Assembly (NCBI GenBank): GCA_025603075.1
Contig: MU626366.1
Coordinates: 1-64,000, forward strand
From: Neoconidiobolus thromboides FSU 785
Lineage: Eukaryota; Fungi; Entomophthoromycota
Direction of reading: 5' to 3'
DNA: 64,000 bases
Under the pieces are notes generated by a model. That model was not told the DNA's origin and ran no database searches. It saw only the letters and a list, made by a program, of their open reading frames with translations. Of the stretch, positions 42,889-55,792 are shown one piece after another (position 1 is the stretch's first letter; the number at the start of each line of letters is the position of its first letter). The translations under genes and the position numbers were made by a program.

Positions 42889-43953
42889 TCAGTTATGAGT
42901 TTTAGCTTCACTACATGCAACTGAATCAAAATGACGGTATAGTATTTCTCCAAGTAATGTGTAGAATGGGGAAGCAAATATATCGAGAATTGTTTGTTCA
43001 CGTGGGTTTAAGCCATTGGAGAGAGCTCTTGCCATAAATCCAATATAATCCGAACAGATGTTATAATTTTCTCTTGTTATGCCTTTTAATAGACAAGTTG
43101 CAGCATAGTCAGAAGTAATTGTGTCTACGCTACCCTCAATTGCTCTAGTTACTTTAGGTTTAGTAAGGTTCTCAACTTCGAATCCTGGTGAATCAATAGC
43201 TCCGGGTAAGAAATGATGTAACTTTACATTAGGATAGAAACAAGACTCATTACGGAGATTCTCAAAGAACGCTCTAAGGGCAGTTTTACTTGCACCATAA
43301 GCAGTGGAACCAGACATAGGACAACAAGAAGCAAGAGAGCCAACAGAAATAATACGCTCTGGATAATACTGCTTACCTTTAGTGTCACCAAGTAATAATA
43401 AGCTACGAACTACATTTACTGGTCCAAAATAGTTAAGGTCCATCATACTTCTTTCATTCTTTGGTAAATGACTTTTTTCATGGTTGAAGAGTTCTAATTG
43501 AGCTCTGCCAGAGGAAATAACTACCCAATCAACCTTTCCTACCCTTTCAACTAATTTTAAAATAGATTCATTTACTTTTTCTGGGTTAGTTACATCCATT
43601 TTCAAACCTTCAATTTCAATACCAATATCAGCGTTTGCTTTACATTCTTCAACAGCGTAGTCTAAACGAGATAATCCTTTTTCGTCAAAATCAGTGCCTC
43701 TAGCAGAGAGTGTGATTCTAGAAGCACCGAGCTTTGATAATGAGATAGCAAGTGATTTACCTAAACCTTGGGAAGCACCGATCACTAAAATATGACGACC
43801 TTCGACTTTTTTTTTGTTAATTGGCAATAAAAGACCGATTTGGAAAACTAAAAATGATAAAATGACTGCAATTAAAGGAATAGCAATAGTGAACAATATG
43901 AAACATATTAAAAACTCCCAACCGTAGCTGGTAAATAATGTTGTAAAATCCAT
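42889..43953 (-). CDS. TSC10: 3-ketodihydrosphingosine reductase (SDR), intronless
   Basis: N-terminal TM helix; ILVIGASQGLGKSLA; YGASK (YxxxK); HFLPGAIDSPGFEVENLTKPKVTRAIEG typical of TSC10/KDSR. Confidence 0.88.
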   Translation of the reverse strand: MDFTTLFTSYGWEFLICFILFTIAIPLIAVILSFLVFQIGLLLPINKKKVEGRHILVIGASQGLGKSLAISLSKLGASRITLSARGTDFDEKGLSRLDYAVEECKANADIGIEIEGLKMDVTNPEKVNESILKLVERVGKVDWVVISSGRAQLELFNHEKSHLPKNERSMMDLNYFGPVNVVRSLLLLGDTKGKQYYPERIISVGSLASCCPMSGSTAYGASKTALRAFFENLRNESCFYPNVKLHHFLPGAIDSPGFEVENLTKPKVTRAIEGSVDTITSDYAATCLLKGITRENYNICSDYIGFMARALSNGLNPREQTILDIFASPFYTLLGEILYRHFDSVACSEAKTHN

Positions 43954-44812
43954 TTTGATAAAAGACAAAACTAGAATTTTGATTTTATAATGTATGTAAT
44001 TGTTTTAACCAATCATTTAAAAGTTCTACAGTATTGTTAAATTACTTAAAATATAATAAAATTAATTTATATGATACTATAATTATCCTTCTCATAATTT
44101 AAAATGTTTTTACTATTTATAAAAAAATAATATCTAAAGTTGAGTTATTCAAGTGATAAAAAACACTAGCTGGCTTAGCTTTATATTACTACAGTTTATC
44201 AATACATTATTTATATGATTAAGCTAATAATTTATTAATATAATATTTATCTATACATGGTTAGGATTGAAATGAAATTCAAATATGTGGAATTTAGAAC
44301 GGAATTAACTTTGTGGAATTTAATCAATTTGCTACTTGAGCTTATGTAACATTTTATTATTAGACTTTTTTTTCAAAATATTACTAGACTAACAAACTAA
44401 TAGTGATCTTAATTAAATGAAGGGGAGAGATTGATTATAATAAGATGAAATCACCATATAAGATTAAATAGTAATTAGAATACAAATAAGCCCAAAGCAA
44501 CACATAGCAAAACCTTTATTATTAAAATTTTTTTTAGACACAGATTTTGCCAAAGTTTAAGAATCAGGCTTTAAAAAAAGCAAGGAAACAAATAATAATT
44601 AAAAGTTTTGTGAGGAATTACATATTTGAATTTTAACAACTGTATCGTTAGAAATAGTATCTATATGCAAGATAACTATATTTAGCTATACTTAACTATA
44701 TTATACAGTATTTTTGTCTTGAAATATTTAATTTGAATATCTAATTAATAAACCAGTTCAATTTGTTTGAGATTTCAACTACAAAATAACTTATTTTTTA
44801 AAAATTACTGTA

Positions 44813-44903
44813 GAGGATGTTTTTTTGATTTCAGCACTTTTCTCATTCTCTAAGCGCTATTTGAATAGAAAGGTTAGTAAAATTCTCTAAAAAAATATCT
44901 CTT
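44813..44903 (+). mobile_element. Decayed MITE copy
   Basis: GAGGATGTTTTTTTGATTTCA...TAAGCGCTATTTGAATAGAAAGGTTAGTAAAATTCTC...AAAAATATCTC. Confidence 0.78.
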
Positions 44904-45195
44904 ATAAACATTGGTAACAATATTTGGGTTTTTTTCTTTAAAGTATAAAAAACAATCGCTTGTAAACTTGTGTAAATGTTTTGAAAGTAATAATGTCAAG
45001 ATTTTGATAACTTTTATGACCTATTTTTAAAATTTTAAAAAATGAATACATATATTATACTACGTGCAAATACTGTACAATATATATTAGATAAACTAGT
45101 TTGATAAATTCAAATTTATTATATCTGTAGTCACCAATAAACAATAGTAACGTAAATGAATAATTTTTGAACAATTAGTTGAAAGGCAAAATGAA

Positions 45196-45205
45196 ATTGG
45201 CCAAT
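45196..45205. promoter_or_regulatory. Palindromic double CCAAT (ATTGGCCAAT) upstream of SEC27
   Basis: TGAAATTGGCCAATCA about 125 bp upstream of the ATG. Confidence 0.4.
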
Positions 45206-45331
45206 CATAATTTAATAAATATTAAGAACTTTGCATATTTTTATTGTTATTGGTCATTTCGAATACGTATTATAATTTTAAGTATCTTAAAAGTTAGTGT
45301 TTAGTTATATTAATAAATCTTCTATTCAAAA

Positions 45332-48300
45332 ATGAAATTGAATATCAAAGTATAATTTGTAAAGTTATAAAGTGCTATATATTAATTTGTTATTTTTAGA
45401 AAAACTTTTTAACTAGAAGTGATCGAGTTAAATGTGTAGACTTTCATCCCACCGAACCTTGGGTTTTAACAGCTTTATATAATGGAAATGTCTATATCTG
45501 GAATTACAACACTCAAGTACTAACAATCTCTATTAAGAATGTTAAAATACTAATTTTGAATTATATAGAATCTAGTAAAAACACTTGAGGTTACTGGTGT
45601 TCCAGGTAAATTAAAATTTAACTGTTTTATTTTTAATTTAACAAATATTTATTTAAAGTTAGATGTGCTAAATTTATTCCACGTAAAAATTGGTTTGTAA
45701 CTGGTTCTGATGATAAACAAATCAGAATATTTAATTATAACACTTTGGAAAAAGTAGCTAGTTTTGATGCACATACAGATTATATTCGTTCTATTGTTGT
45801 ACATCCGACGCAGCCAATCATTCTCACTTGTTCCGACGATCTTTCCATTAAATGTTGGGATTGGGAAAAAGGATGGAAATGTCTCCAAGTAAATAATATT
45901 ATAATATAAAATATTCTTATTAAATAATGAATAGATTTTTGAAGGCCATACTCATTACATTATGCAATTAGCAATTAATCCCAAAGATACAAATACATTC
46001 GCTTCTGCATCCTTAGATAAAACTGTCAAAGTAAAATATTACATATATTGATACCATAAACTAATAACGTAAAAAGGTATGGAATCTTGGTTCACCTGTA
46101 GCAAATTATACTTTAGAAGGTCATGAAAAGGGAGTAAATTGTGTTGATTATTATCCTGGAGCAGATAAACCTTATCTTATTACTGGGGCTGACGATAAAT
46201 CCGTTAAAATCTGGGATTTTACTACCAAGTCTTGCGTTCAAACAATATCAAGCCATACTAATAATATTACCATTGTTGCTTTCCTTTCAGATTTACCGTT
46301 GTTTTTAACAGGTTCAGAAGATGGTAATTTTACGCTATAAGATAAATGATGGTTTTATAAGTACTTATTCAACTTACTTAGGTTGGGTTAAAATTTGGCA
46401 GCTAAATACTTATAAGATGGTTACAAATATTAATTATGGATTGGATCGAGCATGGTCTGCTTCTCTTTTAAAAGGAAGCTCCTCTATTGCTTTAGGATTT
46501 GAAGAAGGTACAGCAGTCATCAATCTTGGTAGTGATGATCCAGTTGTCTCTATGGATAATGGTGGAAAAATTATTTGGGCAAAACATTCTGAAATTCAAT
46601 CATCGAATATAAAAGCGAGTATTGGTAATTTTTCATAATATGATCAATATTATTGTATTATAATCCCTGATGTTTACTGATAGATACTCAGCTTATTGAC
46701 GGAGAACGAGTAATGTTACCAGTTAAGGACCTTGGTAATTGTGAAGTTTATCCCCAAACTTTACAACATAGCCCAAATGGAAGGTAATATACATATATAT
46801 GAATAATCATTTAATTAACACTTAAATTTAATATTATAGGTTTGTTGCAGTTTGTGGAGATGGCGAGTATATAATCTATACAGCTTTAGCATGGCGTAAT
46901 AAAGAATTTGGAAAAGGAAGTGAATTTGTTTGGTCACAAGATTCGAATTTTTATGCAATTCGCAGTTCAAATAACAACATACAATTGTTCAAAGCATTTA
47001 AACCATTGAAAGATTCATTGTCTTCTTTAGAAGATACCCCAGATATGATTTATGGAGGAACACTTTTAGGTATCCGTACAACAGACGAGTCCCTTTTATT
47101 TTTTGATTGGGAATCAAACATTTTAGTTAGAAAAATTGAAGTGACTCCTAAACAAGTAAGATTTAGTATTAATGGTTTAATTTTTACTTAATAATTATTT
47201 AAGGTATATTGGTCTGAGACTGGGGAATTTGTTGCAGTTGTTTGTGAAGATAGCTTTTACATTTTACAATATAACAGATCTGCATTCTTAGAATATCTTG
47301 AATCAAATGGAGATACTGGCTCAGAAGGCGTTGAAGAGGCATTTGACGTTGTTGCTGAAATTTCAGAAAGGTGATTTTTTAACTTTATTATCTGTCAAGT
47401 TTCTAATCCTTTCTTTAGCGTCATAACTGGAAAATGGGTGGGAGATTGCTTCCTTTATACATCTTCACTTAACAGACTTAATTATTTGGTTGGCTCTGAA
47501 GTCAATGTTATCACTCATTTTGATCGCCCAATGTATTTACTTGGGTATATTCCACGTGACAGCAGAGTTTATTTGATTGATCGAGACTTTTCAGTTATTT
47601 CATATGCCCTTTCATTAACTGTGCTTGAATTTCAAACATTAGTTCTTAGAGGGGAATTGGACGCAGCTAAAGAGCTTTTACCAACTATCCCTGAATCTAA
47701 TAAATCAAAGTTGGCGCAATTCTTAGATTCCCAAGGCTATAAAGAATTAGCTTTAGAAATATCAGACGATCCTGAGCAAAAGTTTGATTTTGCTATCTCC
47801 CTTGGGAATCTTTCTCAAGCAAAGGAAATTGCTGAAAGGTTCGATCATGTTCAAAAGTGGCAATTAATCGCTGACCATGCTTTGCAATCTTGGGATATTA
47901 CTTTAGCACAAGAATGTCTTGAAAAAGCAAAAGATTATTCAGGTTTATTATTACTCTACTCTTCTATTTCTGATGTCGAAAGTATTAAACAATTAGGAAT
48001 AAAAGCAAGACAAGAAGGACAAAATAATATTGCATTATTATGTAGTCTTCAACTTGGAGATAATGAAGATATATTTAATATTCTTTTGTCAACTGGACGT
48101 ACTCCTGAAGCTGCACTCTTTTCTAGAACATATATGCCTTCTAAAGTCCCTCAAGCTGTCGAAAGTTGGAAGGAAGAGTTAATTAAAGCCAATTACCCCA
48201 AGCGCGCTGAAGCTTTAGCTGATCCAGGGTCTTATCCTAATCTTTTTCCTAACTATCAAGGTTCTTTAAGTGCTGAAAAAAGCCCTAAAGAAACTCATGA

Positions 48301-48567
48301 TAATGGTGATGTAACACCAACTGCTACTTCACCACAATCAAAAGTAAATGGAACTGAAGTTGAAGTAAGTTAATTATATGGTATATTATAAAATCTAACA
48401 TTAGTTAGACTCCTACTGTGGATGATGGGGTTAGTGATGTGATGTCATTAGTAAGTATGGAAGTAAACACTACTGGGACTGGATCTGTTAAAGGGGACCT
48501 TGAAGTTAGTGACGAGGTTATTTCTCCTAATCTCAATGCCGATTCGCTACCAGATTCAATCAAATGA
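45332..48567 (+). CDS. SEC27: Coatomer beta' subunit (COPB2), many exons
   Basis: [16 protein letters not shown]; [11 protein letters not shown]; [15 protein letters not shown]; [38 protein letters not shown]; [14 protein letters not shown]. Confidence 0.97.
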
Positions 48568-48764
48568 TCTTAAATAGTAACACCAAAATATATTATTGCT
48601 ACTAAAGTACTGCTATTTAAAGATCTCTTAGGATTTTTAATTCAATAAAAGAAATGTTAAATTTTTACGTTTTTATGAATACAATACTATGTTAACTAAA
48701 CTTTTATATTATTATATCCATATATGGTAACTTAATGAATTATCACCTTAATATTTGACAATAT

Positions 48765-48861
48765 GGGGATGTATTTTTTTGTTTAAGAATTTTACTACAA
48801 CCTTTCCACTCAAATAGTGCTTAAAAAATGGAAAAATAATGAAACCAAAAAAAACAGCCCC
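48765..48861 (-). mobile_element. MITE copy
   Basis: ATAT|GGGGATGTATTTTTTTG...CCACTCAAATAGTGCTT...AAAAAACAGCCCC|ATAT. Confidence 0.92.
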
Positions 48862-48953
48862 ATATAAACAAATCATCTTGTTTAACAAATCAAAACTCAA
48901 ATAACAATGATTACTATTCATTTGGTTTTTTTCATTTTTATTTTCTATTTAAA

Positions 48954-49433
48954 ATGCATGTTGTAGCTGATTTTACAGTAGTTTTTTTTAAATAAAGTGG
49001 TCATTTAATAATAAAAAAAGGTTATACCTATAGGAGTAGGGACCTCCTTAAGTAGATATGTAGCCGAAGTAGAAAAAATAGTAAAAGGTTCTGGTATAAA
49101 ACATTTGATGCATAGCTGTGGAACTGTAAGTTTATTATTTTTTTATAACAATAGTTTAAAAAAATAAGAATTTAGGTAGATAAATATAAAATCAGTAGCT
49201 TTTTTAGTAATTATAAATAAAGAAGGGGAATGGGAGGACGTTATGGAAGTGATAAAAAATTGTCATGATAAATTACATGAGCTAGGTGTGCCTAGAGTAC
49301 ATACCAAGTAACCTATTATATTAAAATTTGAAAACATTAACTTTATAATAGTGTCTCCATTGGCTCTCGTACCGATAAGCTTACAACTATTGAAGGGAAA
49401 ATACAATCAGTAAATAATAAACTGAATAACTAG
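48954..49433 (+). CDS. ECM15: UPF0045 / thiamine-binding (YkoF-like, Ecm15) small protein, 5 exons including a 7-nt micro-exon
   Basis: Not in the ORF track. MHVVADFT|VIPIGVGTSLSRYVAEVEKIVKGSGIKHLMHSCGT|NL(E)|GEWEDVMEVIKNCHDKLHELGVPRVHT(N)|VSIGSRTDKLTTIEGKIQSVNNKLNN*. Confidence 0.9.
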
Positions 49434-50225
49434 TCAAATTCATTAATAAAAAGCTCTCTTAAATAAATCAAAACATCATTTTCAATATATTAAAATTTAC
49501 TATTCTAATTTAAAATAATAGATTAGGCATAACTTTATGAATAGACACATCATATTATGCTGTTGTATAAAATTCGGTAATAAAAGTATTCACACTAAAT
49601 TTATTTTGAAAAAACAAATAAACATTCAATATTAAACCAAATAAATTATTAATAGCGTTGTTTATTTTATAAGCATGTGTAAGATTTTAAATAGAAAGTT
49701 AAAATTAGTTTGCTATTTGGAACAAAATCTTTTATAGAAAATTCTTTACAAAAACAGGAAATAAATTTCATCACTCTTAGGAGTTTCTATTTAGTCAAAT
49801 CCAAACAAGTCCAAACTTATTAAAATAATAATCATACCGAAAGTTTAACAAATTCTATTTGAATTATGCAAATGCTAATAGTGTATTTTTATTTGATATC
49901 ACGGCTGTGTTACAGATGATGTAAATAAAATAACTTATTTATATTAAATTTTGAAAAATAAAGATAAAAATTTCATACTTTTGCTTAGTAATTTTTTACT
50001 AAATAAAGAAAGATAAGTAGAAACGAAGATCTAAGCTATCTTGATAAAACCAATAAAATAAACAATATAAAAGAAAAGCATAACAACACCTCACAAATTT
50101 CAATTTTTATATTGATAGTAAAAGTAAATATAGAAATAGTTTTAAGTTAAAGATTAATTAATTCAACAACATCCTACCATCTTATTATCAACTATATCTT
50201 GTCACTATTCAATATCGAACGAAGA

Positions 50226-53085
50226 ATGAAGGCTTTAAAATTGTTTCACATTCTATTATGTTTAATATTATTACTTGGACTCAACTGTGAATCTCAAAAA
50301 GAAACATCTATTAACCAAAATATTAACATCGATAAGGACACAAACATATCAAACTCAAACTTAAATCAAAACCATAGTGATGAAAAGTTAAAAGCGAATG
50401 ATTTGGAAGCAGTAAGTTATTTGAATCGTTTTATTTATTTTCTTATTAATGATAAATTTAGTGCTCGAAAATTTGGAATCAACATGATCCTTGTAGTTAT
50501 GTACGAAAAAATTGTCCAGAATTAAATGAAGGATTTTTTAATTTTATTGAACTTCATTATTGTTATTTAAGGCCGAATATTGGTTCAGTACTCGGCGTTT
50601 TGCTTTTAGTATCAATTGTTTTTTTACTATTTCTTATGCTTGGCACAATAGCTTCTGATTTCTTTTGTCCTAATTTGGCTTCAATTGCAGAAGAACTTAA
50701 ACTTTCAGAATCAGTTGCTGGTGTCACTTTCTTAGCGTTTGGAAATGGCTCACCCGATTTGTTTTCAACTTTTAGTGCATTTAAAGCTAACAGTGGTGCA
50801 CTTGCTATGGGAGAATTAATTGGGGCAGCATGGTTCATCATAAGCGTTGTTGTTGGTTCTATGGCAGTTGTACAATCATTTCAAGTCATTCGTAAACTAT
50901 TTATGAGGGATATATTATTTTTTACTGGAGCAGTTATCTTCATACTGATCATTGTATGGGATAGAAAAATAACGCTATCAGAATCATTAGGTTTGATATT
51001 ATATTACGTTATTTATGTTGTCACTGTTGTAGTTATGAATTGGTATGGGTTTAAAGGTGAGAATGATAATTTTAAAACAATCCCCTCCAAAGATGGAGAT
51101 TTATGGGATGATGATGAAGAACTAGAAGGTTTATTATTAAGCAATATTGAGAGTAAGTTGTCTGCTATAATTTTATAATTGCAGGCAATTTTAATATAAA
51201 ACTTCGAATTCTCTAATATTAAATTTATTGAATAATTACTAAATTTAACTATAGGTCTTCCAGAAGAGGATGAAATGGATCAAGCTAATGAAGCAACACA
51301 GCTTATTTCCGATGTTAGACATAGCCCAAACCATTTGATGGTAAGAAATAGAAGATTACCCTCTTTAACCCCAGTAACGTACTATAAAAGGATGAATTTC
51401 TGGACTGCTGATGAAGTATTTTCAATTTTTTTAGTTAATGTTTTTAATAATGATATTTCAATAGATTGCGAATGCTTTCAATGAAAATTTTTCAGGTTCT
51501 ACTACAGGTATACCTCCTTTGTTAAGACGACGTACTGAATTTTTGCCAACTACAGCTAAACTTAATTCTCAAATTGGACGTTCATTAACTGCTGAAGTCG
51601 AGCCGATATCTAGCCATTCGTATACAGATTCACCATCATTGCTTATCCCAGCTATAGGTAATTATTTTTTATTAAATCAAGGGGAATAATTAACATAATA
51701 AATAGATTTCCCAAGTATACATTCTGTCACAAATTCACTTCCTTATCATGGGCCTTCTAAATTTAAACGAGATAATGCTCCAGCTTTCATCTCAATTCCT
51801 GAACCAGGAGCTATAAATGTGTCATCCCCTGCTTCTTTACTTGATTTAGACGAGTGTCAAGATGACTCTGAACCAACAATACTAGCTAATGATCAGCCCG
51901 GAAATTCAGTTGTAAAATCTCCAGTAGTAGACAACTCAAAACCAACAACTTTATTTCAATTACTGTTCCCAGGATTTATTGACTGGCATGACCTCAATTT
52001 TTATGAAAAATTTATTAATTTAATTTCTTTACCTTTTATACTTTTATTTACTCTTACAGTCCCTACACCATTAGAAAAAGAATCCCTTATTGAAAACATA
52101 GGAGTTACTTCCCCAATCATTCAACCTATATATATACAAGAATCAAATGATGATCATACATTTTTAGTGCCACACGTAAAATATTTTAGGGAAAATTTAA
52201 CTGCAGAATTAGTGTTAGGGTTGTTACAGGCTTTTACTATACCTGTATTTTTATTTGAAACTATTTTAGGTAAATTAAGAAAACTATATTTTAATAGTAA
52301 TAATATATTTTATTAGTATCAAATGACTTAGCTGATCGTCAAGACTATTATTGGGCACTTATTATTGGTGGAATATTTTCATTAATCTTTTTATTTATTA
52401 CAATGATGAACCATCGATATAATACAAATGCTGCTGATTATACTTTGGTACGCTCTCTACTAGGCTTTTCTCAATCCATATGTTGGATATCAATGACAGC
52501 AACCGAAGTCGTTGATATATTAAGGGTAAATCATACTTGATATTCAATAACAATAATAATTAATACCTACATTTTAAGGCATTTGGTATAATATTTGGTA
52601 TAAGTGAAGAAATAATCGGGTTAACTGTTTTTGCAGTGGTAATATCAATTATAATATTGCTAATAACAAAATACTAAATATACTTTATAGGGTAATAGTT
52701 TGGGTGATTTTGTTGCAAACTTTGCCGTGGCAAGGATGGGATACCCTATGATGGCAGTTTCTGCTTGCTTTGCAGGTCCAATGTTAAGTAAATATATCAT
52801 TGTTTTTGTTTATTATACATCATTAATTTATTTATAGATATGATGCTTGGGCCTGGTATAGCTGGGACTTATCTTGGATTATTTAGGAATACAACTACTG
52901 AATTACCAGTTTCACATGTTATGACTTCAGCTGGATTAGGGGTATTGTTGGTATTGCTTGCTTATAATATTTATCTTCATTATAATAACTTCAAAATCGG
53001 TAAAAAATTCGGAATCGGATTGATTATAGCTTATTTCTTAGGTATGACTATTAATTTAGTTTTAACTATTTACCGTGTTTATTAA
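50226..53085 (+). CDS. Cation/Ca2+ exchanger (CCX/NCLX type, Na_Ca_ex), many exons
   Basis: Signal peptide; ASDFFCPNL...SESVAGVTFLAFGNGSPDLFST (alpha-1 repeat); IIGLTVFAVGNSLGDFVAN...GYPMMAVSACFAGPML (alpha-2 repeat). Confidence 0.93.
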
Positions 53086-53232
53086 ATCCAATTGCACATA
53101 TATTTTTGCTTACTAACTTAAACATTCTTTAATAAACTGTTTTAATCTCAAGGCATTATATTTAGTATGAGAGTGGCTTTTTCTGTTTCAGCAGTTAATA
53201 ATTTTATCGATTCTATATTACGTAAAAACGAC

Positions 53233-53322
53233 AAATAATGAAACCAAAAAAACCTCCCTGTTGCTTTATAAAATTAATTGTTACCCAATTGTTAGTAAAT
53301 TTTAGACAAATAAAAAATATCT
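53233..53322. mobile_element. Rearranged MITE remnant (two end fragments)
   Basis: AAATAATGAAACCAAAAAAACCTCCC (53233-53258) followed by AATTGTTAGTAAATTTTAGACAAATAAAAAATATCT (53287-53322), i.e. the two different element ends in opposite element orientations. Confidence 0.55.
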
Positions 53323-53603
53323 GTAAGTGAAAATATGACAACTATTGATTTATTAGACAATAACTATAATATTAGGCATACAACCATAAATTATTCTGTG
53401 AGTGGGCCAAATGACACTTGGGATTCAACAATAGTTTACAATAATATTTTATTAGGGCTTTTATAATATTAATAGGTACTTTAGTAGCTAAAATTATAAT
53501 TATGTAGACACCTTTAATATAATACAAATATAGTGATTTCTTTAATTGTTTCTATTTAATAATAATCTTTTGAATAAGTGTTCCAGAAGATATGCCCCAC
53601 ATA

Positions 53604-54166
53604 TTATGTTACCTTTTTTCTATTCCTTTCATTTGTAAGTACTCTATTTTGAAGTAATATTTATATTTATTCCATATAATTTTTAATTATATTATGCTTT
53701 ATATACATCAATTTATAAAACAAATCTATATCTAAGCCATCCGCGTCAACAATTATCCTTGAACTTAACATAATATTTAATGGTATATGACCATCTGAAA
53801 CTTCTTGAATTAATTTCAAAGCATCTTCATTAGCATCTAAATCCTAATTATATAGTTATTATTATTAAAAAAATATATACTAATCATACTATTTCACAAA
53901 AAATAAAATATATTCTATTAATTGCAAATTTAAATGGTAGTGAGAGGGTAACATCTACTATAAATAAATAGTTTTCAAACTCAAACCAAGCCAAATTTTG
54001 TGTCAAATCATATTTATATAACCTAACTATCATTAAGTTTATAATTAAACATGAATATAAATTACCTCGCCAGTATTTTCAATTTTTTAGTTAATCTATT
54101 TCGTTTCCATTCCTCTATCAATAACTTTAAGTTATTTGATGGATAATATCGATATCCTTCATTCAT
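53604..54166 (-). CDS. TEN1: CST complex subunit TEN1 (OB fold), 4 exons
   Basis: Not in the ORF track. MNEGYRYYP...KKLKILAR|LYKYDLTQNLAWFEFENYLFIVDVTLSLPFKFAINRIYFIFCEI|DLDA...MLSSRIIVDADGLDIDLFYKL|IVLTNERNRKKVT*. Three canonical introns keep the frame; the motifs parallel human TEN1 as recalled (TLRTFGRLCLYD, LVEPF...LYIVLGEL, KARVLTCVEGMNL). Confidence 0.78.
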
Positions 54167-54345
54167 ACAATAATAGCAAGTTATTTTAGTAAAAGTAAAA
54201 ATAGATTATATAATAACGATTTGACAACCAACTGATCATTTATCAGGGATATGTGATAAATATAGAAAATATGATTCGTCAATATTATGTCTGCGCAATT
54301 CGTCATTTATTTTGATTATTTGAATTTTAATTTTTTCATTCTAAA

Positions 54346-55614
54346 ATGTCAAGTTTATCAGAGAGTATACGTAAGAAGATAGATTCTATGCGTGAGGAGA
54401 AACGCACCCACTTTGAAAAGATCAAGGGCGAAATTGATATGGAAATCCATCGTAAAACTATTCTATCAGAGCAATTACATACCAAGTTTGATGAAGCAGT
54501 AAGATCATATCAAAAATTAATTGAATCCCGTTCTGAAAGGGAAGGTATTGAAGACGAAATAAACCCGTTTTTAAAGTTTAAATACCCAAACCCATTTTTA
54601 AGCAACTCATTAGATAGCAATCTAGGGTCAGCCATTTCAGCTTCTAGATCCATAGATACTAATAGTCAAGACGGGGAAACTCAAAACAACAACCAGCCCT
54701 TAGAAAAGGAAATTCATAGCATTGATTCAAATTCAGATGGTGAGCAAAGTTCAAATGGCGATTCACCTTTTAACAACCGAGAGAGTGCTATGAAACCCGA
54801 GTTAAATCGTCAAGAAAGTACCATAAATACTGATTCTAACAACCAGAGGTCTAACCCAAATTTAAAGGTAAAAACCATATTGAAAGGTAAAAAAATTAAT
54901 TATGGCATCCTTTATGATGCAATCAACGCAATTGGTAAGTCAATTGAAGGGGATAAAAATGAAACGCGAGAAGAGAAAATCAAAAAGGCACTTGAAAAGT
55001 GCTATGAGCTTAAAGATTTTTATGATGGTATCTCTAAATCTTTACACATGTCACGCCGTAGATTAGATTTATGTAGAAGAAACTATCGTCGAGAATTACA
55101 ATCATTCGATAGGTTAGAAAGAGAATTGATTGGCATTTCGGATAATTTTGAAGTTATGCTTAAAGATGAGTTAGAAGATAACTTAAACGATATAGTTGAT
55201 AAGGTAAAAGACAAATCAGCAGAATCTTTGGAATGCCTTAGATCAAGAAGAGACCGTGTAATTCATAAAAGTCAGAAGCGTAATCGATTTTTGAATCGTT
55301 TGGGAGCTAAAAACGATCATTCTAAAGGTATTAAATCAAGACAAATATCAGATGTAACTCAAAAAAACCAAGAAGTTTATGATAAAGTAACTGGGCAGAA
55401 ACGTAAGTCCGGGGCATTGACCCAATCAAAAGCCGCAACTGAGATAGATGAATCTAATGAGTCTGTCAAAGGATCATCTAAAAGCAAAGTAACCGTTGAA
55501 GAGCCTGCCAATGGAGGCTTTAATTCTTCAAAGATTGCTTTAACAGCTTCTGGAGTGGCTCTTATACCATTTGCCTATAATTATATTTTCCCTTTTATTC
55601 GTCAAATGTTTTAA
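54346..55614 (+). CDS. Uncharacterised coiled-coil protein with C-terminal hydrophobic (tail-anchor-like) segment, intronless
   Basis: 422-aa ORF; two charged helical regions separated by an S/N-rich linker; ends KIALTASGVALIPFAYNYIFPFIRQMF. Confidence 0.75.
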   Translation: MSSLSESIRKKIDSMREEKRTHFEKIKGEIDMEIHRKTILSEQLHTKFDEAVRSYQKLIESRSEREGIEDEINPFLKFKYPNPFLSNSLDSNLGSAISASRSIDTNSQDGETQNNNQPLEKEIHSIDSNSDGEQSSNGDSPFNNRESAMKPELNRQESTINTDSNNQRSNPNLKVKTILKGKKINYGILYDAINAIGKSIEGDKNETREEKIKKALEKCYELKDFYDGISKSLHMSRRRLDLCRRNYRRELQSFDRLERELIGISDNFEVMLKDELEDNLNDIVDKVKDKSAESLECLRSRRDRVIHKSQKRNRFLNRLGAKNDHSKGIKSRQISDVTQKNQEVYDKVTGQKRKSGALTQSKAATEIDESNESVKGSSKSKVTVEEPANGGFNSSKIALTASGVALIPFAYNYIFPFIRQMF

Positions 55615-55792
55615 TGGTTAAGTTGTAACTTGATTATTATATTTCTGCTTTTTGATTTATTTTATTTTTCAAAGCTAGTAAAGTATTTATTTACAAAAAT
55701 TTTGTGTAAAACTTAATTCTTTTGAAAAACTAAAAACACTTATAAATGAGATGATATTAAAATAATATCAGTAATAACAGGAGATATGATAT

